Shown in pieces: positions 28,061-36,825 of a stretch of DNA of 55,331 bases (position 1 is the first letter of the stretch; the number at the start of each line of letters is the position of its first letter). The DNA is taken from positions 1 to 55,331 of the forward strand of contig JBGGMJ010000160.1 of the NCBI GenBank assembly GCA_041288095.1, given 5' to 3'. A program made the translations under genes and the position numbers. The notes below the pieces were generated by a model. The model did no database searches, was not told where the DNA came from, and saw only the letters and a list, made by a program, of their open reading frames with translations. The DNA is from Myxococcota bacterium (lineage in GTDB: Bacteria > Myxococcota > XYA12-FULL-58-9 > JALHOP01).

Positions 28061-29659
28061 ATGCCGTCTTTGACGCTCGACGGAAAGAAAGTCGACTTCC
28101 AGCCGGGTGAGACCATCATCCAGGCCGCCACGCGCGAAAACGTCGACATCCCGTACTACTGCTGGCACCCGCGGCTCTCGGTCGCGGCCAACTGCCGCAT
28201 GTGCTTGGTCGAGGTCGAGAAGGCGCCGAAGCTGATGCCGGCCTGCCAGACCGCCGCCACCGAGGGCATGGTCGTCCACACCCAGAACGAGAAGGTGAAG
28301 GACGCGCAACGCGCGGTGCACGAGTTCTTGCTGGTGAATCACCCGATCGACTGCCCGATTTGCGATCAGGCCGGCGAGTGCAAGCTGCAAGACTACTACA
28401 TGGAGTACCAGCTCAAGCCGAGTCGCGTCATCGAGCACAAGGTCAACAAGCCGCGTCTCGAACAGCTGGGGCCTCACGTCGTCTACAACGCCGAGCGCTG
28501 CGTCGTGTGCACGCGCTGCGTGCGTTTCATGGATGAGGTCGCGCAAAATTCGCAGCTCGGTGTCTTCAATCGCGGAGACCACAGCGAGATCGGCTGCGCT
28601 CCCGGCACCACGCTCGACGACCCCTATTCGCTCAATACCGTCGACGTCTGCCCGGTCGGCGCGCTCACCTCGACCATCTTCCGCTTCAAGCAACGTGCTT
28701 GGAATCTCAAGCGCAGCGACAGTGTTTGCAGCGGCTGCGCGCGCGGCTGCAACGTGCACGTCGATCAACGCAGCGGCGTGGTTTACCGCTTGTTGCCGCG
28801 CGACAACGACGCGGTCAACAAGGCGTGGCTTTGCGACGAAGGCCGACTCACCTACAACCGTCCCAACGAGGGCAAGATCACCGAGGCCTTGGTGCGCGAG
28901 GGCCAAGACGCCCCGATCACCACCGACGGCGTCGCCGGGCTCGGCAAGGCGGTCGATCTGTTGAAGCCGCTCGCGAACGCCGGCATGGGCGTCGCGGCGT
29001 CGCTGTCGCTGCACGCCACCGTCGAGGAGGCCTATGTCTTCGGCCGCTTCGTCAAGGACGTGCTCCAGGCCGACACCATCGCGGTGCTGGGCCTCACCCC
29101 GGGTAGCCAGGATGACCTGCTGCGCGTCGCCGACAAGAACCCGAACCGCGCCGGCGTCATGGCCGTTTTCGCGGATCTGAATTTGAAGCCGGTCGACGAG
29201 CGCGAGCTCATGCAGCGCATGAAATCCGGCACCGTGAAAGCGTGGCTCGCGGTTGGTCACGAGACCAGCTTTGGCCCCGAGCTCGCGGCCGCCGCCAAGG
29301 CCCTCGAGGTCGTCGTGCACATCGCCTACGCGCGAGGCCCCATCGCCGAGGTCGCTCGCGTGACGCTGCCCGCCGTGTCGTGGGTCCAGACCGACGGCAC
29401 CTGGGTCAACGTCCAGCAACGCGCCCAGCGCCTCAAGGTCGGGTTCCTGCCGGAGCACGACGCCAAGCCGAGCCATGCCTGGCTCATGGACATCGCTTCG
29501 CGTCTCGGTGTCGCTTATGCCTGGCCGTCGATGACCACGCTTCGCGCCGAGATCGAATCGCAGCTGCCGGCGTTTCGCGAAGTGAAGCTCACGCAAGTGC
29601 CGCCAACCGGGACGCAACTTCCGTGGGCAGTGCCCGCCGAAGCTGCTTCCAAGATCTGA
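28061..29659 (+). CDS. nuoG: NADH-quinone oxidoreductase subunit G (short form, 532 aa)
   Basis: C..CRMCLVEV..C (2Fe-2S), HPIDCPICDQAGEC, CVVCTRC..CPVGAL, CSGCARGC..WLC. Confidence 0.93.
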   Translation: MPSLTLDGKKVDFQPGETIIQAATRENVDIPYYCWHPRLSVAANCRMCLVEVEKAPKLMPACQTAATEGMVVHTQNEKVKDAQRAVHEFLLVNHPIDCPICDQAGECKLQDYYMEYQLKPSRVIEHKVNKPRLEQLGPHVVYNAERCVVCTRCVRFMDEVAQNSQLGVFNRGDHSEIGCAPGTTLDDPYSLNTVDVCPVGALTSTIFRFKQRAWNLKRSDSVCSGCARGCNVHVDQRSGVVYRLLPRDNDAVNKAWLCDEGRLTYNRPNEGKITEALVREGQDAPITTDGVAGLGKAVDLLKPLANAGMGVAASLSLHATVEEAYVFGRFVKDVLQADTIAVLGLTPGSQDDLLRVADKNPNRAGVMAVFADLNLKPVDERELMQRMKSGTVKAWLAVGHETSFGPELAAAAKALEVVVHIAYARGPIAEVARVTLPAVSWVQTDGTWVNVQQRAQRLKVGFLPEHDAKPSHAWLMDIASRLGVAYAWPSMTTLRAEIESQLPAFREVKLTQVPPTGTQLPWAVPAEAASKI

Positions 29660-29671
29660 TCGAGGACGACG

Positions 29672-30976
29672 ATGCTCTTCTTGCTGGTCACCACCGTCAT
29701 CAAGTGGGTCTTTCTCGTCCTGCTCTTCGTGATGCCGCTCGCGACGCTCCTCACCTGGATGGAGCGCCGCCAGAGCGCGCTGACCCAGGACCGCTTGGGA
29801 CCGTGGCGTGCCTCGTTCTTCTCGGTCGGCGGCAAGCCCGTGCGTCTCTTGGGTCTCCTGCACCCCATCGCGGACGCCATCAAGATGCTCTTCAAGGAGC
29901 CTTTCACACCCGCCGCCGCGGACAAGAAGCTCTTCGGTGTCGCTCCGATGATCGGTTACGTCTTCGCGCTGACCGTTTTGGCGGTCATCCCCTTCGGTCC
30001 GGATATTCCGACTTCGATCGTGCCGTTCGTTTCCGAGGAGACCATCGCCAAATATCCGGTGTTGCCGCTGCAAGTGGTGCGTGTGGACGCCGGCATCCTG
30101 TGGATCTTTGCATTCGCTTCGCTCGGCGTTTACGGCACGGCAATCGCTGGCTGGGCCTCGAACAACCGTTTCGCGCTGCTCGGTGGCATGCGCGCGACGG
30201 CGCAGGCTATCTCTTACGAAGTGGCGCTCGGCCTGACTGTCGTCGGCGTGCTCATCGCGTACGCCACGACGGAGCCGTCCGCTATCGTTTCGGCGCAGAA
30301 CACCACCGGCGCCTTGGGCCTGCCGCTGTGGGGCATCTTCGTGCAGCCGTTCGGCGCCTTGCTCTTCTTCATCGCCTCGGTCGCGGAGACCAAGCGCACA
30401 CCCTTCGACATTCCGGAGGGTGAGTCGGAGATCATCGGTTACTTCATCGAATACTCGTCGATGGGTTTCGGCATGTTCATGCTCGGCGAGTTCGTCGAGA
30501 TCGTCGTGCTCTCCGCGGTGTTCAGCACGTTCTTCTTGGGCGGCTGGGACCTGCCGTGGATCATGTCGGACTCCTCGATCTGGCTCGGCGTGACCACCTT
30601 GACCCCGGAGTCGATGGGCCAAGGCGCCTTCCACCTGCTGCATATGCTGCTCGGCATGGGCATCTGGGGCGCGAAGATCTTCTTCCTCTGCGCCTTGCAG
30701 CTGCAAATCCGCTGGACGCTGCCGCGCTTCCGTTACGACCAGGTCATGAATCTCGGCTGGAAGATGCTCTTGCCGCTCGCGCTTGCGAACATTTTCGTCA
30801 GCGCCGCGCTCATCTGGTGGGACCCGACGCTGACGGCCATGACCATCGTCGGTCTGGCCTTCATCCTCATGGTCTTCGTGGTGGCCTTCGCTGGTCCGCG
30901 CCGCCGTCCGGCGCACCAGGTTGCTCACGGCTCACATTCGTCTGACTCGCACGGCCACGCGGCCGCGGGTCACTAG
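29672..30976 (+). CDS. nuoH: NADH-quinone oxidoreductase subunit H (extended)
   Basis: WMERR..QDRLGP, ADAIKMLFKE, ISYE, AETKRTPFDIPEGESE, PRFRYDQ. Confidence 0.95.
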   Translation: MLFLLVTTVIKWVFLVLLFVMPLATLLTWMERRQSALTQDRLGPWRASFFSVGGKPVRLLGLLHPIADAIKMLFKEPFTPAAADKKLFGVAPMIGYVFALTVLAVIPFGPDIPTSIVPFVSEETIAKYPVLPLQVVRVDAGILWIFAFASLGVYGTAIAGWASNNRFALLGGMRATAQAISYEVALGLTVVGVLIAYATTEPSAIVSAQNTTGALGLPLWGIFVQPFGALLFFIASVAETKRTPFDIPEGESEIIGYFIEYSSMGFGMFMLGEFVEIVVLSAVFSTFFLGGWDLPWIMSDSSIWLGVTTLTPESMGQGAFHLLHMLLGMGIWGAKIFFLCALQLQIRWTLPRFRYDQVMNLGWKMLLPLALANIFVSAALIWWDPTLTAMTIVGLAFILMVFVVAFAGPRRRPAHQVAHGSHSSDSHGHAAAGH

Positions 30977-30985
30977 GAGCATCCC

Positions 30986-31543
30986 ATGGGCGTCGTCCGA
31001 GTTCGCGAGCGTGTCGAGTACTCCCTGTACGAGCGGGCCTTCATCCCTGAGATCCTCCGCGGTCTCGGCATCACGCTGCGGCACTTCTTTGCCAACGCTT
31101 TCGGCAACAGGGAGACGCGCAACCTGCAGACAGTGCGTTATCCCGAAGAGCAACGCGTTTACCCCGCGCGTTTTCGCGGCCAGCACCGCCTCCTGCAGCG
31201 TGAGGACGGCTCGCCCCGCTGCGTTGCTTGTTACATGTGCTCGACGGTCTGCCCGGCATATTGCATTCACATCGTCGCCGCCGAGTCGCCCGACAACCGC
31301 ATCGAGAAGTATCCGGCGGCTTTCGAGATCGACATGTTGCGCTGCATCAACTGCGGTCTCTGCGTCGAGGCTTGCCCCGAAGACGCCATCCGCATGGACA
31401 CCGGCGTCCACACGCCGCCGTTCTTCACTCGCGACGACGCGGTGGTCGGGCGTATCGACCTGTTGTCGTTGATGGGTCGCGCCGGGACGCCGGCGGCGTA
31501 CGGCGCGCAGAACTATCGCGAAGGTAAGCCTCGCGGCGCCTGA
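30986..31543 (+). CDS. nuoI: NADH-quinone oxidoreductase subunit I
   Basis: YPEE, RFRGQH, two CxxCxxCxxxCP ferredoxin motifs. Confidence 0.95.
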   Translation: MGVVRVRERVEYSLYERAFIPEILRGLGITLRHFFANAFGNRETRNLQTVRYPEEQRVYPARFRGQHRLLQREDGSPRCVACYMCSTVCPAYCIHIVAAESPDNRIEKYPAAFEIDMLRCINCGLCVEACPEDAIRMDTGVHTPPFFTRDDAVVGRIDLLSLMGRAGTPAAYGAQNYREGKPRGA

Positions 31544-31548
31544 AGCTC

Positions 31549-32895
31549 GTGCGCGCCACAGGTCTCGTCCTAGCGGTGGTCCTCGCCTGTTCGTCCGCTC
31601 GAGCGGACGATACACACTATCAGGACTACCTGGTCGGCGGGCGCGCCATCGCTCTCGGCGGTGCTTTCTGTGCCTTGGCCGACGACTCCTCGGGCGTGTG
31701 GTTCAACCCCGCCGGACTCGCCGACGTCGGTTCGTCGAGCTTGCAGCTCTCGACCAGTTTGTACGGTTTCGAGCGCGGCACGATCGGGAACGGCGGCGGC
31801 ATCCCGGTGCCGGGCGTCCCGAACCTCAACGACGCGTTCACCGACCTCGTCGTCATCCCGGCGAGCGCCGGCGCGGCGATAGCCTTCGGCGATCGTGACG
31901 AGGACGGGAAAGCACGTCAGGGTATCGGCGGCGCCATCATCATCCCGTCGTACCGCTCGAGCTCGCCCGGGACGAGCGAGGACCTCGCGACGACGTCGTA
32001 CAAGCGTCGCGTCACCGACCGAGAGATCTGGGCGGGCCTGGGCTACGGAGCCCGCGTCACCTCCAAGCTGCGCCTCGGGGTTTCGGCGTTCTACGTATTA
32101 CGTTCGGTCGCCGATACCGAGCAGCTCGCCTACGCGGCCGATGACACGTCGACCTCGGCGCCCTTCGAGACGGTGTTCAGCGATATCACCCTAGCCAACG
32201 GCTCGCTGGTTCTCTCGGGTGGCGCGAAGCTCGTGCTCGACGAGCACTGGAACGTCGGCATCTCGATGCGCTCACCCTCGATGCGCATCCACTCGAGCGG
32301 TGCCATCCAGTACGCGCGCGCGACCTCGGAGCCGAGCACCGGCTTGTCGAGCGTCGAGCGTGTTGTCCTCGACGGCCTCGATTCGCAGACCAAACAAGCA
32401 CCGACCCTCCGCGCCGGCGTTTCGTACATGCAGTTGAGGCACTTCACGCTCGCCGCGGACCTGACGGCGCACGCCCCAGTCAGCTACACGCTGGTCAACG
32501 TCCCCCGCTCGACACGCGAGCGCTTGCCGTTCACGACGGAGATCGAGCGCCGTGCGGTCGTGAACTTGAACATCGGGGGCGAGTATCTCGCGATGACGTG
32601 GCTCTCGGTGGCTGGCGGCTTCTTCACCGACTTCTCCAGCGCACCGCGCATCCGCGAGCCGCTCGAAGCCGATCAACCGCCGCGCCTGAACCTCTACGGC
32701 ACCACCGCTTCCGTGGCCTACATCAGTGAGCACATGATCACGCGGCTCGGCCTGCTCTACAGCTTCGGCTCCGGCCTCGACGTGCGCCCGGTCAGCGACC
32801 TGACACGACTGGGTGAGGGCACCAACGCCTTCACGACGCAGGAGTTCACCCAGTCGTTCTTCTATCTCTACGTTTCGTCGACGTTCCGCTACTGA
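31549..32895 (+). CDS. FadL/TodX-like outer-membrane beta-barrel
   Basis: Signal peptide; GGRAIALGGAFCALADDSSGVWFNPAGL; amphipathic strands; aromatic C-terminus. Confidence 0.8.
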   Translation: MRATGLVLAVVLACSSARADDTHYQDYLVGGRAIALGGAFCALADDSSGVWFNPAGLADVGSSSLQLSTSLYGFERGTIGNGGGIPVPGVPNLNDAFTDLVVIPASAGAAIAFGDRDEDGKARQGIGGAIIIPSYRSSSPGTSEDLATTSYKRRVTDREIWAGLGYGARVTSKLRLGVSAFYVLRSVADTEQLAYAADDTSTSAPFETVFSDITLANGSLVLSGGAKLVLDEHWNVGISMRSPSMRIHSSGAIQYARATSEPSTGLSSVERVVLDGLDSQTKQAPTLRAGVSYMQLRHFTLAADLTAHAPVSYTLVNVPRSTRERLPFTTEIERRAVVNLNIGGEYLAMTWLSVAGGFFTDFSSAPRIREPLEADQPPRLNLYGTTASVAYISEHMITRLGLLYSFGSGLDVRPVSDLTRLGEGTNAFTTQEFTQSFFYLYVSSTFRY

Positions 32896-33464
32896 CCGTT
32901 CCTACCCTTGGCCTTGGCGCGGTCACGGCGGTCCTCGACTTTTTCTTTGCGGTCTTCGCGGTTCTCGCGGCGGTCGCGAGCAACCTCGCGGCGCGCCTCA
33001 CCGAGCATCGTGTTGATCAGGTCGACGCGGCGGTTCACGGAGGCGTCATCGCTCTTGCCGATGAGGCTCTCTAGCTCCTTGCGCTCCTTGCCAGTGCGGG
33101 CGCGCTCTACCGCTTGCTTGCGCTGGTCGCGCTTGTCGTCGGAGAGGTCGCGCAGAGCGTCGTAGTCCTGCTCGCTGAACACTTCTTTCCAGCTGCCGCG
33201 CGTCTCGCGGCGCGCCTGACGCGATTCACGCCGCTCCTCGCGAAGCTCACCGTTGAACCAGTGCTTGAGCTCGTCGTCGGTGGCGCTCACCTTCGCGGCG
33301 TCGTGGGTCTGTTGGGCGTCGACGTAGTCGTTGCGGATCTCGAGCAGGGCGGCGAGGTCGCGGCCGTCGTCGAATTTGCGCCACTGGCCTTGGCCCTGGG
33401 CCAACGCGACCGAGCAAAGCAGAGTGGACAACGCTACAGCGGACAGGGAAGAAGCTGTTCTCAT
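32889..33464 (-). CDS. Secreted, highly charged helical hypothetical protein
   Basis: Signal peptide ending ALA; R/E/D/K-rich coiled-coil; GAGGA RBS. Confidence 0.75.
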   Translation of the reverse strand: MRTASSLSAVALSTLLCSVALAQGQGQWRKFDDGRDLAALLEIRNDYVDAQQTHDAAKVSATDDELKHWFNGELREERRESRQARRETRGSWKEVFSEQDYDALRDLSDDKRDQRKQAVERARTGKERKELESLIGKSDDASVNRRVDLINTMLGEARREVARDRRENREDRKEKVEDRRDRAKAKGRNGQ

Positions 33465-33485
33465 GACGGGTACTTTCCTCTGGAT

Positions 33486-34049
33486 TTAGACGATTTCAGG
33501 CTCGCGGTCGGCGTACCGCTGCCGCATCACGAGCACCAAGGCGACCGCCGCGAGATACGCCGCGATCCCCATCCAACCTGCGAAACGGGCCACGAACAGA
33601 CGCGCATGCCCCTGCCAGAATTCATCGTAGTCGCCGATGAAAAGCAGACGTCGAGGGAACGCGACGAGTGACCAAAGCACAATCGCGCCGGCGATGCCAA
33701 ACGGAGTCCAGCGCAGCCACTCCGGACCGACGCGTACGCTTTGGCGGACAACCATGAAGCCGACCACCGCGGCTGCGGCATTGGCGCCCACGGCAACCGC
33801 CGACAGGGCGCCTGTCCAGGTGTCGATCTCGGGGAAGACCTGCGGGTCGAACCAGTAAAACATCGACCACTGTGGGTGAAATCGGAAGAGCAGGGTGGCG
33901 ATCGGTGTAGCAACGACGGCCTCGAAGGCCAGCAGCACCAGGAACGGCCAGCTCAGAGCCTCGTCGCGCAGCGACGGTGAACGCCGCAGCACGAGCGCGA
34001 GGCTCGCACCGAAAGCTAGACTGGCTGCGACGTTTACGAGCGCTGGCAT
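33486..34049 (-). CDS. Hypothetical membrane protein (about 5 TM helices)
   Basis: Multiple hydrophobic segments; fills the gap between its neighbours. Confidence 0.75.
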   Translation of the reverse strand: MPALVNVAASLAFGASLALVLRRSPSLRDEALSWPFLVLLAFEAVVATPIATLLFRFHPQWSMFYWFDPQVFPEIDTWTGALSAVAVGANAAAAVVGFMVVRQSVRVGPEWLRWTPFGIAGAIVLWSLVAFPRRLLFIGDYDEFWQGHARLFVARFAGWMGIAAYLAAVALVLVMRQRYADREPEIV

Positions 34050-34091
34050 GAGCGTGGCGTCGGACCCTGCCTAGCGCTACGATACGCCACA

Positions 34092-35105
34092 GTGTCCGCC
34101 ATCAACTTTCATACGAAAGAGATCTCGGTCAAGATCGTGTTCTACGGTCCGGGCCTCTGCGGGAAGACGACTTCCCTTCATACGATCTACGCCTCCTTGC
34201 CCGAGCACAAGCGGCCTCAGCTCGTCTCCCTCGCAACCGAGGGTGATCGTACCATCTTCTTCGATTTTCTACCGGTCACCGCCTATCGCATCAAAGACTT
34301 CAATGTTCGCCTGCAGCTCTACACCGTGCCCGGCCAAGTCTTCTACAACGCCACGCGCAAGTTGGTTCTGAACGGCGTCGACGGCATCGTCTTCGTCGCC
34401 GATTCACAGCGTCTCATGCGCGACTCGAACAGCGAGAGCCTGCAGAACTTGCAGGAGAACCTTTCGGAGCTCGGCCTCGAGGTGAGTCAGGTCCCGATGG
34501 TCATGGAGTTCAACAAGCGTGACCTCTCCGAGATCTACAGCGTCGAGGAGATGGAGCAGATCTACAACCCGCGCCACGTGCCTGCGTTCCCGACCATCGC
34601 CACCAACGGCAGCGGCGTCTTCGAGGCGCTCAAGAACATTAGCCAGCAAGTGGTCAACGACCTGCTGCGCAAGGGTCTCGGCCGCCAGATCCTCCAGCAG
34701 ACCGAGCCCAAGGCGGCGAAGGAGCCTGACGGCTTCGCGGCGCTGGGAGTCGCGACGCGCGAGGCCCCCCCGGCGAAGGCAGTGCCGGCGGCCGCCGGCC
34801 TTTGGCCACCCGCGGTCGTCGCCATCGGGCAGCGCATCGACGAAGCTCGCAGCCAAGGCCGATGGAACGACGTGGTCATGGCGGTGGAGGAGCTGGTCGC
34901 CAGCGAAGCCAAGCGCTTTGGCGCGAGCGCCGACGACAAGGACGCTAAAACGGACTGGGTGCCGACGCTCATCTTGCAACGCAACATCCCTTTCGTGCGC
35001 TTTGCGGCGCTGACGCGGGCGGTGCAGGGAGCGAAGCTCGGGCGTCAGGTGACGCAGGGTGAGGCGATGAGCGCGTTGTGTGTGGCGCTCGAGTTGTTTT
35101 GGTAG
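34092..35105 (+). CDS. MglA-family small GTPase with a C-terminal helical extension
   Basis: KIVFYGPGLCGKTT, TEGDRTIFFDFLP, LYTVPGQVFY, NKRDL; about 140 extra C-terminal residues. Confidence 0.9.
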   Translation: MSAINFHTKEISVKIVFYGPGLCGKTTSLHTIYASLPEHKRPQLVSLATEGDRTIFFDFLPVTAYRIKDFNVRLQLYTVPGQVFYNATRKLVLNGVDGIVFVADSQRLMRDSNSESLQNLQENLSELGLEVSQVPMVMEFNKRDLSEIYSVEEMEQIYNPRHVPAFPTIATNGSGVFEALKNISQQVVNDLLRKGLGRQILQQTEPKAAKEPDGFAALGVATREAPPAKAVPAAAGLWPPAVVAIGQRIDEARSQGRWNDVVMAVEELVASEAKRFGASADDKDAKTDWVPTLILQRNIPFVRFAALTRAVQGAKLGRQVTQGEAMSALCVALELFW

Positions 35106-35124
35106 GGCCGATAGCCGAGGGCCG

Positions 35125-36021
35125 CTATTCCTTCTGCAGATCGTCGGCCAGGTACGACAGGATGACCTCGTCGAGCGACTTCTCGCTGATGAGGTCCTCG
35201 CCGAAGATCGAATCGACGGCGCTCTCGTTTTTCGACTCGAACGCGCGAGCCAGCGTTTCGGCCTCGAGCACCGCTTCCGCTGCCTGCGGCGCGCTGGCGA
35301 TGGGGGCGGGCGGCGGCACGGGGCGGGTGATGGCGGCGGGCGCACCCGTCTTGGGCAAACTGGTCGACGACTTGGGCGGTAAACCGCCAAAGGTGGGCGG
35401 GGTCGCCTGGGCCTGCGCCGGCGTGGCCGCGGGACGGGCCGGTGTGATGGGTGCCGCCGCGACGGGACGCGGAGCTGGAAGCCCCTGCACCGGCCTACTA
35501 CCCACTGGGCCCGGTGGCGGCCGCGGCGCCTGTGAAAACGGATTCGGATCGGATTTGACCGGCGTGCCGGACGCGGCCGCTTTAGCGTACGCACCGGCGC
35601 TCGGCTGAAGGGGCTTCGCGGGTGGCGGCGCAGCAGGAGGCGTCGCTGCTTGCTTGGCGACCGCGGCATCGACCGGCAAGCCGAATGACGTGCGGTGTTG
35701 GGCGCCGGCGTCGACGTTCAGAGGCGCCGGCCCGTTCAGCGTCGCCGCGTTTTTCGAACGCTCGGCGATCTTCGAATCGAACTTTCCGCCGATGAGATCC
35801 TTGAGCATGCCCTTGTGCTGGGCCTGCATGATCTCGACGAGCAGCTCCCCGAGGCGCGGGCTGTTCACGATGTCCGCGTAAGATGTCTTGCGGGACTCGA
35901 CGATGTTACCGCCCACGAACAAGTGGGTGATCACATGCGGAGTCTGAACGCCCGAGTCTTCGGTCTGGACGTGATAGACGCGGTCTTTGTATTTGACGTT
36001 GTGGTTGTAGCCCGGAATCAT
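35125..36021 (-). CDS. Hypothetical protein: compact N-terminal domain, Pro/Ala-rich linker, acidic C-terminal helix
   Basis: MIPGYNHNVKYKDRVYHVQTEDSG...; ends FGEDLISEKSLDEVILSYL. The ORF-track extension upstream runs through the tRNA and is excluded. Confidence 0.85.
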   Translation of the reverse strand: MIPGYNHNVKYKDRVYHVQTEDSGVQTPHVITHLFVGGNIVESRKTSYADIVNSPRLGELLVEIMQAQHKGMLKDLIGGKFDSKIAERSKNAATLNGPAPLNVDAGAQHRTSFGLPVDAAVAKQAATPPAAPPPAKPLQPSAGAYAKAAASGTPVKSDPNPFSQAPRPPPGPVGSRPVQGLPAPRPVAAAPITPARPAATPAQAQATPPTFGGLPPKSSTSLPKTGAPAAITRPVPPPAPIASAPQAAEAVLEAETLARAFESKNESAVDSIFGEDLISEKSLDEVILSYLADDLQKE

Positions 36022-36110
36022 CGCGTTGCGGCGTGACCTCGACCTCGATGAGGTATCACACCCCAGAAACGAGAGCCAACTTACGCGGTGACTATGGGGA
36101 AAAGAAGAGG

Positions 36111-36184
36111 GGTGATCGACGGGGTTTGAACCCGCGACCCGCGGATCCACAATCCGCTGCTCTACCAGCTGAGCTACGACCACC
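36111..36184 (-). tRNA. tRNA-His (GUG)
   Basis: G-1 + GTGGTCG/CGATCAC acceptor stem, D arm TAGCTCAGCTGGTAGAGC, anticodon arm GCGGA-TTGTGGA-TCCGC, T arm GCGGG-TTCAAAC-CCCGT, C73. Confidence 0.97.
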
Positions 36185-36237
36185 AGGAACGAGCGCGACC
36201 TACAGGAACTAGGCCGCGCTAGTCAACCGACGAGTTG

Positions 36238-36825
36238 CTAGAGCTGCGCCAGGCCAGCATCGGCGCCGCGGCAGCGCGGGCAGATGCGGTTACCGGGGCC
36301 GCTCGACAGGAATACGCGGTTGCACGAGAGGCAATCGCGCGCGGCGAGTGACGAGGGGACGCGCCGGGCGCCCGGACGATCACCAGCCAGGTCGGCGGCA
36401 ACGGTTTGAACGTGGCGGAGGTAGGCCTCGGAGAGACCCAGGTCCGCGGCGCGGCGAACCACGGCGGCTCCGGTGATGCCCTTCGTGGCCAGCTCGGTCA
36501 GGAGCGTGCCGCGGTCGGTCAACATACCCTCGATGATACGGCGGTCGAGCTGCGGGTCGTCCCAGGTGATTGCGTTGACGACATCGCTCTTGGCCTCGTC
36601 CGGCAGCGCCGGAACGGGGACCTTGGTCTCGACTGGGGCGCTGTTGGCGGCCGGGGGCAGGACCACGCGCTTGCGCTCTTCTTTGGCCACAGGTTTCACG
36701 ACCTTGCTCACAGCTTTCGTGCTCGCTTTGGCGGCATGGGCACTAGCCCGCCGCGCCAAGCTCCGGGTTTGCTTGCTATCCTTCTTGGACTGCTGCGTCT
36801 TGATTGCACGCCCCGCACCCATCAA
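36238..36825 (-). CDS. Lys-rich N-terminus, HTH-like segment and C-terminal C4 zinc finger
   Basis: GGAGGAG RBS; CLSC...FLSSGPGNRICPRC. Confidence 0.75.
   Translation of the reverse strand: MMGAGRAIKTQQSKKDSKQTRSLARRASAHAAKASTKAVSKVVKPVAKEERKRVVLPPAANSAPVETKVPVPALPDEAKSDVVNAITWDDPQLDRRIIEGMLTDRGTLLTELATKGITGAAVVRRAADLGLSEAYLRHVQTVAADLAGDRPGARRVPSSLAARDCLSCNRVFLSSGPGNRICPRCRGADAGLAQL

Noticed and set aside
28007..30928. 973-aa minus-strand ORF (also 16114-17787, 19482-20462, 2332-3642 and similar)
   Set aside because: Antisense shadows of well-supported genes. High GC3 codon bias suppresses stop codons on the opposite strand, and the translations carry no motifs.
36022..36183. Coding extension of the 352-aa ORF
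   Set aside because: It reads through tRNA-His; the real start is ATG 36021.
36111..36184. tRNA-His as a prophage or island integration site
   Set aside because: I saw no integrase and no duplicated tRNA 3' end in the window.
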